From Planctomycetota bacterium (lineage in GTDB: Bacteria; Planctomycetota; JAJSAM01; JAJVHW01): a stretch of DNA of 64,000 nucleotides. The position numbers were made by a program, and so were the translations under genes. Position 1 is the first letter of the stretch; every line of letters starts with the position of its first letter. The DNA is taken from positions 544,001-608,000 of the forward strand of contig CBDFJG010000002.1 in the NCBI GenBank assembly GCA_965248445.1, read 5' to 3'. This document shows positions 30,929 to 40,511 of the stretch, one piece after another. The notes beneath the pieces are model-generated. The model had not been told where the DNA came from. It saw only the letters and a program-made list of their open reading frames with translations, and made no database searches.

Positions 30929-31378
30929 GTGAGCGCGATCGTGGTCCGCACGTGCGTTGCCGAGGACGCGGAACTGGCGGCTCGGGTGCTCGGTGACGTG
31001 GTGGACGGCCGCGCGGCGCTGCCGCGGCTCGCGGACCTGTTGGGCCGGCGCGAGGTAGTGCTCTGCGTCGCCACCGTCGACGGCGTCTCCGCGGGTATCG
31101 CGTACGGCTACGTGTATCCGCGCCTCAAGGACAGCCACGACGCCACGCTGCTTTACGAGGTCGACGTGGCCGAGGGCTTCCGTCAGCGAGGTGTCGGCGC
31201 TGCGCTGATGCGCGAGTTCGGACGTGCGTGCAAGTTCCGCGGCGCGCCGAAGCACTGGCTGATCTCGGATCACGGGAACGAGGCGGCGATGCGGCTCTAC
31301 GAGAGCGTCGGCGGGGTTCTCTCCAAGGGAAACGAGGCGATGTTCAGCTTCGGTGACGACGAGCCGGAGACGGCATGA
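30929..31378 (+). CDS. GNAT-family acetyltransferase
   Basis: LYEVDVAEGFRQRGVG and NEAAMRLYESVGG motifs. Confidence 0.9.
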   Translation: MSAIVVRTCVAEDAELAARVLGDVVDGRAALPRLADLLGRREVVLCVATVDGVSAGIAYGYVYPRLKDSHDATLLYEVDVAEGFRQRGVGAALMREFGRACKFRGAPKHWLISDHGNEAAMRLYESVGGVLSKGNEAMFSFGDDEPETA

Positions 31379-32370
31379 CCGAACGGACTCCCCCCGCACG
31401 TCGGCTACGCCGCATGCGACGCACCGCGGGACGGCGTGCTCTCGTGCGTGAGACGGACTTGCTGCCGCGCCATCTCGTCCAGCCCGTGCTCGTGGAGGAG
31501 TCACACGGTGCGCACGGCGATCTGCCGTCGCTGCCGGGGCAGAACCTGTGGTCGCCGGACACCGTCGGCGTGATGGCGCGCGAGTGCGTCGACGCCGGCC
31601 TCGGCGGCCTGATGCTGTTCGGCATCCCGGCGAAGCGTGACGAACTGGGGCGCAGCGCGTGGGCCGAGGACGGCGTCGTGCAGCAGGCGATCGAGGCCGT
31701 GCGCCAAGCGGCGCCGTCGCTGACCATCCTGTGCGACCTGTGCCTGTGCGCGTACACGTCGCACGGCCACTGCGGAATCGTGGCGGGGGAGCGGGTCGAC
31801 AACGACGCGACGCTCGAGGTGTACGGGCGCATCGCGCAGTCGTACGGCTGGGCGGGTGCGGACGTCGTGCTCCCCAGCGGGATGATCGACGGCTCGACCG
31901 ATGCGGCGCGTCATGCACTCGACGACCGGCGGCACGAGGACGTGGCCGTGTTCGCGTACGCGGCGAAGTTCGCGTCGTCGTTCTACTCGCCCTTCTACGC
32001 GGTGACGGGCGCCGCGGTGCCGGAGGATGGCCGGAGCAGCTACCAGGTCGAGCCGGGCAACGTCCGGATGGCACTGCGCGCGACGGACGTCGCGGAAGCT
32101 GAGGGCGCGGACGGCGTGGTGGTCAAGCCCGCCGCGGTGTATCTCGACGTCGTGAGCGCGGTGCGGGACCGCACGGAACTGCCCGTGGTTGCGTTCCACG
32201 CGAGCGGCGAGTACGCGATGCTCCGTGCGGCCGCGGCTCGCGGCGTAGTCGACGGCAACGCGGCGCTCCACGAGAGCGTGGTGGGGATGCGCCGGGCGGG
32301 GGCGGACATCGTGGTCACCTACGGTGCGCTCGACCTGGCCAAGGGGATCGACGGAGGCGCCGGCACGTGA
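31375..32370 (+). CDS. hemB: Porphobilinogen synthase (ALA dehydratase), Zn-type
   Basis: RLRRMR, DLCLCAYTSHGHCG, YAAKFASSFY, VKPA and SGEYAM motifs. Confidence 0.93.
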   Translation: MTERTPPARRLRRMRRTAGRRALVRETDLLPRHLVQPVLVEESHGAHGDLPSLPGQNLWSPDTVGVMARECVDAGLGGLMLFGIPAKRDELGRSAWAEDGVVQQAIEAVRQAAPSLTILCDLCLCAYTSHGHCGIVAGERVDNDATLEVYGRIAQSYGWAGADVVLPSGMIDGSTDAARHALDDRRHEDVAVFAYAAKFASSFYSPFYAVTGAAVPEDGRSSYQVEPGNVRMALRATDVAEAEGADGVVVKPAAVYLDVVSAVRDRTELPVVAFHASGEYAMLRAAAARGVVDGNAALHESVVGMRRAGADIVVTYGALDLAKGIDGGAGT

Positions 32371-32927
32371 GCGCACGGCACGCGGTCGTCCTCGGCGCGA
32401 CGGGAATGCTGCGTGCGGCCACGCTTGGTCTGGTCGAGCGGGGTTTCAACGTCACGGCGGTGGCGCGCAACCAGAAGCGCCTGTCCCGTCTCGAGGACGA
32501 CGGCGACGGGAAGATCCGGGCGGTCGCGCTCGACTATCGCGACGGCGACCAACTCGCGGGGGCACTGTCCGAGGCTGAGGAGGAGCGCGGGGACGTTGCA
32601 CTCATCATCGCGTGGATCCACTCCGTCGCGCCGGACGCACCGCTGTTGGTCGCGCGCACTCTCGCGACGGGCCACAAGCTCCGCTACGCGCACGTGCTCG
32701 GGAGTGCTGCTGCGGACCCGGCGATCGAGGACGACCGCCGCCGCCGGTCCTTCGACGCGGTGCACGGCGTCGCGTACCAGGAGGTGATCCTGGGGTTCGT
32801 CCGCGAGGCCAAGGGGTCACGCTGGCTCACGAACGAGGAGATCTCGGCCGGCGTGTTGCACGCTGTCGACTCGCACGCATCCCGCTCGATCGTCGGCACG
32901 GTACGTCCGTGGGACGCGCGGCCGTGA
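32367..32927 (+). CDS. Short-chain dehydrogenase-like Rossmann protein
   Basis: VVLGATGML, AWIH, LGFV...SRWLTNEEISAGV...GTVRPW. Confidence 0.8.
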   Translation: MSARHAVVLGATGMLRAATLGLVERGFNVTAVARNQKRLSRLEDDGDGKIRAVALDYRDGDQLAGALSEAEEERGDVALIIAWIHSVAPDAPLLVARTLATGHKLRYAHVLGSAAADPAIEDDRRRRSFDAVHGVAYQEVILGFVREAKGSRWLTNEEISAGVLHAVDSHASRSIVGTVRPWDARP

Positions 32928-33111
32928 GTCACGAGGATCGCGCGGCGATCCTCCCGCCTCACCCTGTCTCCGTCCTCCGCGTCCTCCGGCCGCTACGGAC
33001 GGCTGCGGTCACGCCGCTTGCGTCGCAACCGTCGCGCCCTCGCGATTCACAACTTCGCAGTGCGCCCATGTTGGGGTGGGTTCCCACCCCCGCCCGCTGG
33101 AACGCGTAGGG

Positions 33112-34767
33112 CTAGAAGAACAGCCCCTTCCGGACGCGGATCCGCACGCTCGTCGATCGCTGCTTGTCGCCGTCGGTGACGGTGAACTTCACGACGACCG
33201 CGCCGCAGTCCTCGTCGGTCGGAGTCCAGCGGGGTGTGCGGCTGGCCGTGTCGAACGTGGCGCCTGCCGTGAACGGGTAAGTGGCGAGCTTGACGGTGAC
33301 AGTCAGCGGATCGCCGTCCTTGTCCGCCACCAGGACGGGCAGGGCGAACTCCTCGCCGACGACGGCCAACGCGTTGCCGAACGAGGCGATCAACGGTCGG
33401 GTGTTCTTACCGGCATCGAGATCCCGCTCCTTCACTCGAATCCGGTAGGCGACGTTGCGGACGTTGGTGCCGTCGGACACACGGAAGAGGAACCGGTGAT
33501 TGCCGGCCGGACCGGCAGTGGTCCAGACGAGTGTTCCGAGCGCCGCGTCGAACGTTGCTCCTGGCGGCAGTTGGTCCGGTGTGAAGACGAGGTCCGCGGC
33601 ACACGTGTCGAGGTCGCGCACCACGATCGGGAGGCGCAGCGTCCCGCCCTCGACGACCTTGGCGCGGATGACGGTCGCCGTCGGCCTCTTCGTCCTGGGT
33701 CCGTTCAACAGCGGGCTGAACCGCGAGACCACCATCGACCCGTGCCGCGCGGCCGGTAGCTGGCAGAGCGGATCCGGGTTGCCGTCCCGGTAGACCCGGC
33801 CGTCCGTGCGGAGCGCGAACCATGCGTCGAACAGGACGTCGATGTCGGTGTAAGTCCTCGCGGGGGCGTTCGCGTTCCCGGGGAGGTCCACGAAGGGCAG
33901 CGACGTGTCGTCCGAGGTGAAGACCCGGCCGTCTCCCGCCAGCGCGTACCACGTCCCGTCCGGCGAGAACTCGAGGTCGAAGTAGATCTGGCCGAAGTCA
34001 ACATCCGCGCTCGGGACGAAGGGCAGCTCGGTGACGCGCTCACCGAACAGTGGGCCGTCGAGCAGGAGTCCGCGCGCGACGACGCCGTCGGCGCGCAGCG
34101 CATAGATGTACTGCCGCGTGGCGTCCAGGGCCGCGGCAACCCACGTGGTCCGCACGGTCGCGCCGTCCGCTCCGGCGCGGAACGCGAAGTACGGTTGTTC
34201 GTCGCCGCTCCGGAACACGGTGCCGTCGGAGCGAAGGCAGTACACGTCGAGGCCGTCGCTCACGATGCGACGGAAGTGGTGCGCCCCGGCCGGATGCGCG
34301 GCGATCACGACGCCGTCCCTTGCGACCGTTCCGTCGGCGCGCAACGCGTACGTGAGCCCGAACGGCACGATCAGGTCGAGCCACGGGCTATCCGTCGACG
34401 GCAGGTTGAACAACAGCTCGTCGTTCCGGTTGATGCGGCCGTCGCGGCGCAGCGCGAAGCGGTCGCCGGAGATCTCCGCGATGGCCGACCAGATGTCCCG
34501 CGGGTTCTCCACCACGACGTCGATGAACGGGTCGGCATACGGCCCTGCCGGCACGACCGTCAGGACCGCGTTCGTGCGGATGTCGGCGGTCGGGAGGAAT
34601 CGGCCGCGGTACTTCTCGATCATCGTGCCGTCGACGCTCACGCGCCCGTCGAGGGAGAGGCCGTGGATGTAGAAGTCCTGCGCCTGCCGCGTTCCGGCGA
34701 GACCCGCCGGCGCGACGCACAATGCGGCGATGGCGAGCAGCGTCGCCGTCCGGATGAAGGACGCCAT
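33112..34767 (-). CDS. Secreted beta-propeller protein with two C-terminal Ig/cadherin-like domains
   Basis: Signal peptide; repeated YALRADG blades; LPPGATFD...FRVSDG and DKDGDPLT...FTVTDG. Confidence 0.8.
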   Translation of the reverse strand: MASFIRTATLLAIAALCVAPAGLAGTRQAQDFYIHGLSLDGRVSVDGTMIEKYRGRFLPTADIRTNAVLTVVPAGPYADPFIDVVVENPRDIWSAIAEISGDRFALRRDGRINRNDELLFNLPSTDSPWLDLIVPFGLTYALRADGTVARDGVVIAAHPAGAHHFRRIVSDGLDVYCLRSDGTVFRSGDEQPYFAFRAGADGATVRTTWVAAALDATRQYIYALRADGVVARGLLLDGPLFGERVTELPFVPSADVDFGQIYFDLEFSPDGTWYALAGDGRVFTSDDTSLPFVDLPGNANAPARTYTDIDVLFDAWFALRTDGRVYRDGNPDPLCQLPAARHGSMVVSRFSPLLNGPRTKRPTATVIRAKVVEGGTLRLPIVVRDLDTCAADLVFTPDQLPPGATFDAALGTLVWTTAGPAGNHRFLFRVSDGTNVRNVAYRIRVKERDLDAGKNTRPLIASFGNALAVVGEEFALPVLVADKDGDPLTVTVKLATYPFTAGATFDTASRTPRWTPTDEDCGAVVVKFTVTDGDKQRSTSVRIRVRKGLFF

Positions 34768-34865
34768 ATCACGCTCCTGAGCGTCTCTGGGCACTTGAGG
34801 ACGGGACGGGGGGGCGCATCGTAGCACCCGCGCACCTGGAGTCGAGGGCCGCGGGGTGCTGGCGG

Positions 34866-35753
34866 TCACACCGCCGATTGGCGAATGAGCTCCTCGTGCG
34901 TCACGATCGCGTTGACCAGCCCGAGCGAAGGGATGCGCCGCCGCCAAGACTCACGACCCGTGGCGAGGTCCAGTTCCACCAGGTCGCACTCGACGGAGAT
35001 CCGCTCCGCACGAGTGGCCGCCCGCGACACCGCGAACCAGGCCGTGTCGCGGGCGACCGCCAGCCCCTTCGTGAAGTGCCCCTCGTCCGCCCAGAGTGTC
35101 TCGACGCCGCCGTCCTCGAGATCGAGAGCGATGAGCCCGCCGCCGCGGGAGTCGCAGATGAGCATGCGGTCGCGCCAGCGCACGAGGTCGTGACTATGCT
35201 CGCCGACCCGCTCGTATCGGCGCACCTCGTCGCCGCTGACCACGTCGAGGACCGAGAGGAAGCTCGGCCCCTTGTTGTGGCAGAGCGCGTGGAGGAGACC
35301 GTCTTCCACGTGGACGGTGTTGACGTGGTGTTCGTGGGTGAACGGATCGTAGACTCGCGCGAGCGAGAGGTCCGGTAGCGAGTACGCCAAGACACGTCCC
35401 CGGAACGTGTCCGTCACGTAGAGCTGGTCCCCGGCGCGCTGGCTGCCGTGCGTGTCGCGCGATGCGAGAGGGATACGGTTCCGCGACGTTCCGGCCCTGT
35501 GGTCGAGGAGCAGCAGGCGGTCGTCTTCCTCCTGGTTCGGCCGTGAGACAACGTGCACGCGGCCGTCGCGCGCGAAGTCACCCGCCGGCGTCGTCCCGTA
35601 GTACCTACCGCGCCCCTCCTGGACCACGCGGTGCGCAGCGGTGGCGGGGAAGTACCAGAGCAGGCGCCGGAACGTGGCCACGAGCAGACGGGGCCCGTCG
35701 GCAGCGAGCCCGGCGTCGTCGGTGCGACGGCGAAACGGCCAGAACAACCTCAT
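34866..35753 (-). CDS. Hypothetical beta-propeller protein
   Basis: Blade-like motifs DTHG...LYVTDT, HHVNTV, HSHDL and FTKGLAV; divergent from a GT4 gene. Confidence 0.7.
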   Translation of the reverse strand: MRLFWPFRRRTDDAGLAADGPRLLVATFRRLLWYFPATAAHRVVQEGRGRYYGTTPAGDFARDGRVHVVSRPNQEEDDRLLLLDHRAGTSRNRIPLASRDTHGSQRAGDQLYVTDTFRGRVLAYSLPDLSLARVYDPFTHEHHVNTVHVEDGLLHALCHNKGPSFLSVLDVVSGDEVRRYERVGEHSHDLVRWRDRMLICDSRGGGLIALDLEDGGVETLWADEGHFTKGLAVARDTAWFAVSRAATRAERISVECDLVELDLATGRESWRRRIPSLGLVNAIVTHEELIRQSAV

Positions 35754-35849
35754 GGAGCCGCGACTCTATTCATCGTTGCCGACTCACGGAACAACCGCGT
35801 TCGTCGCTTCGGTGTGCTGCCGGTCGCGCTCGAGCGGTAGCCTCATGAC

Positions 35850-36932
35850 GTGCGGATCGGCTTCTTCTCTTTCTGGTTCAACCGCGGCCAGGCGTGCGTA
35901 ACGAAAGAGATCCGCGGCGTCTACCGCGACGCCGGCCACGAGACGTTCGTGCTGGCCCGGCCGGACAAGCTCCAGGGGCGCGTCCGCGACGACGACGTCT
36001 GGGCGGAGCCGGGGGTCGAGAAGGCCAGCGCATGGGATGTGCCTGCTGACGAGCTGATCGAGTGGGCCCGGCGGCACGAGCTGGACGTCTGCTTCTTCTT
36101 CCAGAACGACCGCTTCGAGACGATTCGGGCAGTCCGTGCGGCCGGAATCACGACTGTTGGCGCCTACATGTGGGAGTACTTCGCTCCCGAGCACGTGGTG
36201 CCGTCCCGCGACGCGTATGACCTGCTCTACGCGTTCAACGACTGCGACGTGCGTCGTTACGCTTCGCTGGGCCTGATCGTGCCGCGCGTGCGGTGGGGCG
36301 TGTGGCCGCGGCTACTCGGTCGCGAGGTCCCCGAGCGCGGCGCTGACGAGCCCGTCACGTTCTACTACCCGGCTGGCTACCTGGAGAAGCGGCGCGCGAT
36401 CGAGCCCACGGTCCGTGCGTTCGTGAAGGCCCGCGCACCGAACTCACGCTTGCTGGTGAAGAGCGTCAAGCCAGTGCCCGAGGAGCGGCGCGTCACGCAT
36501 CCGAACGTCATCTACCGTTCCGACAACCTAGATCGCGACGAGTACCTCGAACTGCTCCGCTCGTGCGACGTCTGCCTCTCGAACACGCGCTGGGAGGGCC
36601 TCGGTCTGGTGATCTACGAGGCGATCGCAATGGGGCAACCGGTTATCTCGCCTGACGCACCACCGATGAGTGAGAACGTGCTGGACGGCGTGACCGGCGT
36701 GCTCGTTCCGACGAAGGAGCGCGGGACCGCCCCGTCGGGCATCCCCGCCGTGGAATGCAACGGACGGGCGCTCGCCGCAGCCATACGGCGAGTTGCGGAC
36801 CGTTCCGAGTGGCGGCGCATGCGGCGGCATCAACTCGCGCTGCGCGATAGTCAGTTCGAGTGGAGCCGAACCCGTGACGACCTGCTGCGACTGCTCCAGC
36901 GCATCCGAGACGTGAGAGAGAGTCGCGCGTGA
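35850..36932 (+). CDS. Glycosyltransferase family 4
   Basis: WEGLGLVIYEAIAMGQPVI...DGVTGVLV GT-B motif. Confidence 0.92.
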   Translation: MRIGFFSFWFNRGQACVTKEIRGVYRDAGHETFVLARPDKLQGRVRDDDVWAEPGVEKASAWDVPADELIEWARRHELDVCFFFQNDRFETIRAVRAAGITTVGAYMWEYFAPEHVVPSRDAYDLLYAFNDCDVRRYASLGLIVPRVRWGVWPRLLGREVPERGADEPVTFYYPAGYLEKRRAIEPTVRAFVKARAPNSRLLVKSVKPVPEERRVTHPNVIYRSDNLDRDEYLELLRSCDVCLSNTRWEGLGLVIYEAIAMGQPVISPDAPPMSENVLDGVTGVLVPTKERGTAPSGIPAVECNGRALAAAIRRVADRSEWRRMRRHQLALRDSQFEWSRTRDDLLRLLQRIRDVRESRA

Positions 36933-36999
36933 TCGGGCTCGAGAGGTACTCCAAGGAGAAGCAGGGCCACGGAGTGGGGCCGATGGAACTCGACAGCGC

Positions 37000-37854
37000 G
37001 TGATGCGGCGCCGTTCGTTCGCAGGCCTGCGCGGGCGGTCTCGCTGGGACCTCTTGCGACTTTACGCGCAGAGCGCCGTTCGCGGCGTGACTGGTCGCGC
37101 TCGCTTTCGCGACGTCCGTGCGTTCCTGCTCTTCATCGGCTACCCGCGCAGCGGCCACAGCGTGGTCGGGTCGCTGCTCGACGCGCACCCCGACGCCGTC
37201 GTGGCGCACGAGCTCGACGCGCTGGGCTTCATGGAGCGGGGCTTTGTGCGCGCCCAGCTCTTCGACCTGATCGTCGCAAACGCGCAGGAGTTCACGCAGC
37301 GCGGACGCGAGTGGACCGGCTACCAGTACGCGGTCCCCGGCCAATGGCAGGGCCGCAGTCGGGCGATCCAGGTGATCGGCGACAAAAAGGGATGCCGAAC
37401 CACCCGGCGGATCATGCACGACCCACGCCTGCTCGACGACCTGCGCGAGCTCGTGCGGGTACCGCTCCGCATCGTGCATGTGGTCCGCAACCCGTTCGAC
37501 ATCATCGCGACGCGCCACCGCAAGAAGCCGCATCAGCCCTTCGGCAAGATGGTCGACCTGCACTTCAAGCTGTGTGAAGGCGTGCGGACGATTCGCGACC
37601 TCGCGCGACCCGGCGAACTGCTCGACGTCCGCCACGAGAACCTGATCGCCGACCCTGCCGGGACGCTGACGGACGTGCTCGCGTTCCTGGACCTGGTCCC
37701 CGAGCCGGACTACGTCCAGGCCGCCGCCGGCGTCGTGTTCCCCGCCCCGAACCGCGCCCGCGACCGCATCGAGTGGGACGCCGCGCATGTCGCCGACATC
37801 GCGCGCCGGACCGCGGAGTACGAGTTCCTCTCAGGCTACGTGTTCGACGAATAG
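37000..37854 (+). CDS. Sulfotransferase family protein
   Basis: FIGYPRSGHS PAPS-binding loop, GDKK, HVVRNPFD and RHENLIADP. Confidence 0.9.
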   Translation: MMRRRSFAGLRGRSRWDLLRLYAQSAVRGVTGRARFRDVRAFLLFIGYPRSGHSVVGSLLDAHPDAVVAHELDALGFMERGFVRAQLFDLIVANAQEFTQRGREWTGYQYAVPGQWQGRSRAIQVIGDKKGCRTTRRIMHDPRLLDDLRELVRVPLRIVHVVRNPFDIIATRHRKKPHQPFGKMVDLHFKLCEGVRTIRDLARPGELLDVRHENLIADPAGTLTDVLAFLDLVPEPDYVQAAAGVVFPAPNRARDRIEWDAAHVADIARRTAEYEFLSGYVFDE

Positions 37855-37903
37855 GTGAGCGAGGGTGTGCCGGTCCTGCCGGAGCCGGCGATGACAACGA
37901 CCT

Positions 37904-38551
37904 TCAACCGAGCGCCCTCGTGAGCAGCGCCGCGAAGTCTCGCTTGAACGGGCTGAGCGGACTTGGATGGGGGAGGCAATGGAGCGTGGCGTGCTTCCCG
38001 CGGATGGTCACGTCGAGCGTTCGGTCGAAGCGTTGTTCGCGATCGGCCCACGCATCTGCGACCTCGCCCGGCGCCGCGTACGGCGCGAACCACAGGAACG
38101 CATGCTGTCCGAGCGCAAGCAGTTGGTCGCCGGTCCAGTGCTCGGCGAGCAGGCGCTCGACGAACGGACGGAAGCGCTCCTTCGTGGCGCGACCGTATGC
38201 GCGGTTGCCGACCGGGCGGTACGGGACGGTGTTCGTGATGAGCACGTGCTCCAGCACGGCCTCGAACCGCCGCTCGCTCTTGGGCGCCGCGCCGATGCGG
38301 GCCTCGTGGACCGCGCGCCGGAAGCGGCGGCCCGACATCCCGATGAGCGGCTCGCCGAGGAGCACTTCATCCTTCCCGAGCTCGCGCGCGACGGCGCAGT
38401 ACGGCGCGTCGAGGTTCCCGGCGCACAGGATCGGCTCGTGCGGATCGCGACGCGCTGCGGTGTACGTGTCGCGACAGATATCGAAGGGCGCGCGTCGGGC
38501 CTCGTCCGCGACCGCTCCGAGCAGGCCGCGCAGTGTGTCAGAAGCGCGCAT
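37904..38551 (-). CDS. Uracil-DNA glycosylase family protein
   Basis: ARELGKDEV...PLIGMSG, TNTVPYRP and LPHPSPL motifs. Confidence 0.85.
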   Translation of the reverse strand: MRASDTLRGLLGAVADEARRAPFDICRDTYTAARRDPHEPILCAGNLDAPYCAVARELGKDEVLLGEPLIGMSGRRFRRAVHEARIGAAPKSERRFEAVLEHVLITNTVPYRPVGNRAYGRATKERFRPFVERLLAEHWTGDQLLALGQHAFLWFAPYAAPGEVADAWADREQRFDRTLDVTIRGKHATLHCLPHPSPLSPFKRDFAALLTRALG

Positions 38552-39182
38552 AGCGGGCCGCGGCGTCGCCGTTGCTGAGCGTCTTCTGGTCCATGCCCTG
38601 GATGCCGCCGTCGGGGTAGACCACCTCCACGAGGCGCACCAGGCGCCACGGCGAGCTGTGCGAGAGAACGGCGTGTCTGATCGGCGGGATCAGGACCACG
38701 AGCTGCACCTCGTACCCGCCGCCGTACGGCAGCGGCTCGGGATCGAAGGGGATCTTCCAGGCGTGCGCGTCCGACGGTCCGTAGGTGCCGCTTCCGCCGG
38801 GATCATCGCCAGGGAGCACGGGGTCGCCGGGTACCGGCGTTCCGGAGATGCCCAGCAACTGAGCCAGCTCCGCGTACTTCTGTGCGGCGCGCGCCGACGA
38901 CGTTGGCGGGACCACGTGGTCGGACAGCTGTCCGATGCTCGCCGGAGCCACCTCGCCGTCTGGTGTTGCGAGGGCGCGCCGGATCTCACGGTTCAGGCCG
39001 GAGCCGCGCGCCCAGGTTGCGATCACCACGTCGCTGCGGAGCGCCGGGTGCGGTGCGGTGCCGGACTTGGTCCAGCCGTCGTCGAACAGGCCGCCGAGGC
39101 CCCGTCCCGGCGGACCGTCGGAGCTGCACGCCGCGAGCGGCAAGACGGCGGCCAGCAGGGCGAGGAGTAGCAGGGATCGCAT
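38538..39182 (-). CDS. Hypothetical lipoprotein
   Basis: MRSLLLLALLAAVLPLAAC lipobox. Confidence 0.7.
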   Translation of the reverse strand: MRSLLLLALLAAVLPLAACSSDGPPGRGLGGLFDDGWTKSGTAPHPALRSDVVIATWARGSGLNREIRRALATPDGEVAPASIGQLSDHVVPPTSSARAAQKYAELAQLLGISGTPVPGDPVLPGDDPGGSGTYGPSDAHAWKIPFDPEPLPYGGGYEVQLVVLIPPIRHAVLSHSSPWRLVRLVEVVYPDGGIQGMDQKTLSNGDAAARYARF

Positions 39183-39253
39183 TTCGTCAGCCTCTCAGAC
39201 GCCCCGCGATGTCGCCACCTTCGCCGTTTCCCATCCGCCGGTCCTCCCGGACA

Positions 39254-39838
39254 ATGGCGTTCGTGAAGCCTCCCCGCAAACCCGCCCGCTGGACCTGGCG
39301 GCTGCCGATCGAGGCGGTGTGGGGCCTCACGATCGTCGTGCTTCTGGCCACCGGGACGGTGCTGAAGCGTGACGAACGCTGCCGCGTCTGCGCGCACGAG
39401 CGCCACCTGCGGCGCGTCAGCTTGTCGATCCCCGGGAAGTTCGACGTTCCGTTCGCCTGGTGGCACGCCGAGGCGGCGGTGACCCACCTGCAGCGCGAGG
39501 TCTTCGGCGCGGAACACCGGCACCAGTACGCGGTCTCCGGTGCGTGGTCTCGCCGCTCCCTGTGGAGCGGCGAGACGGGAAGGGAGTGGAATGGCGACGG
39601 GTTGATCGCGCACTACTTCGAGAACGACCCCGAGTTCCGTGCGTTCGTGCTGGACCAACTCGCGCGCGGCGGGCTGACGCCCCAGCGGCTCACGGAACTC
39701 GTGTGGCACGATAAAGCGCTTTGCGCGACGCGCTCCGAGAACTGGCACTGGCGCTACGGAAGGGGCCAGCACGAGTTGATCGAGGCGCACTTCGGCGAGA
39801 GTTTCAACTACGGCGACCACGTGGGGCTCTGGTGGTGA
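39254..39838 (+). CDS. Membrane-anchored hypothetical protein (PRKPARW, TM, CxxC...HxH)
   Basis: MAFVKPPRKPARWTWRLP, TM helix, CRVC, HRH; paralog immediately downstream. Confidence 0.7.
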   Translation: MAFVKPPRKPARWTWRLPIEAVWGLTIVVLLATGTVLKRDERCRVCAHERHLRRVSLSIPGKFDVPFAWWHAEAAVTHLQREVFGAEHRHQYAVSGAWSRRSLWSGETGREWNGDGLIAHYFENDPEFRAFVLDQLARGGLTPQRLTELVWHDKALCATRSENWHWRYGRGQHELIEAHFGESFNYGDHVGLWW

Positions 39839-39861
39839 CGGGCGCAGACTACGATGCAGGC

Positions 39862-40497
39862 GTGACCCCCGCGCCGGTACCTCCCCGCAAACCCGCCCTC
39901 TGGACCTGGCGGCTGCCGCTTCGCGTGTGGGCGGTGCTCGGACTCGTGGTGCTGGCCGGCTGCGGGTGGTACCTGCGCTACGAGTCTTCGAGCGGAGGCG
40001 AGTGCGGCGTCTGCCTGCGGTGGTGCTCGTCCAAGGAGTACGGTCTGGACCTGTTCGGGAAGGACCAGGTGGCGCTCTTCGAGACGGTCGATTGGGGCGC
40101 CGAATCCGTCATCTCGGCGAACCTGTTCCCTGCCGGTCACGAACACGATCCCCAGTACTTTTCCAGCAACTACACGAGCCGCTTCTCGGAGATCATCGGC
40201 TGCGGCTACCCGATCATGGCGCCCCTGGCCGAGCGCTTCACCGAGGACCTGGACTTCCGTGAGCGCGTCGTGGGCGCAGTGGAGAAGAAGCAGTTCTCGG
40301 CGGAGCGCGCGGCGCGAGTCCTGGCGGTCTCGGAGGACTTCCCGTACCCGGCGGACAAGGCGGTGATGCGCGACGCGCTCGAACTGCTGCGCGCGTGCTA
40401 CGGGGATGACTGGGACGACGTCGAGGTCGAGGGCCCAGCGTCCTGGGTGCTCGAGGACGCGGAATTCCTGCTCGACCCGGAGTGGATGGACGAATAG
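39862..40497 (+). CDS. Paralogous membrane-anchored hypothetical protein
   Basis: PPRKPALWTWRLP, TM helix, CGVC, HEH; TACGAT box 6 nt upstream. Confidence 0.7.
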   Translation: MTPAPVPPRKPALWTWRLPLRVWAVLGLVVLAGCGWYLRYESSSGGECGVCLRWCSSKEYGLDLFGKDQVALFETVDWGAESVISANLFPAGHEHDPQYFSSNYTSRFSEIIGCGYPIMAPLAERFTEDLDFRERVVGAVEKKQFSAERAARVLAVSEDFPYPADKAVMRDALELLRACYGDDWDDVEVEGPASWVLEDAEFLLDPEWMDE

Positions 40498-40511
40498 CGG
40501 CACGCGCCGGG

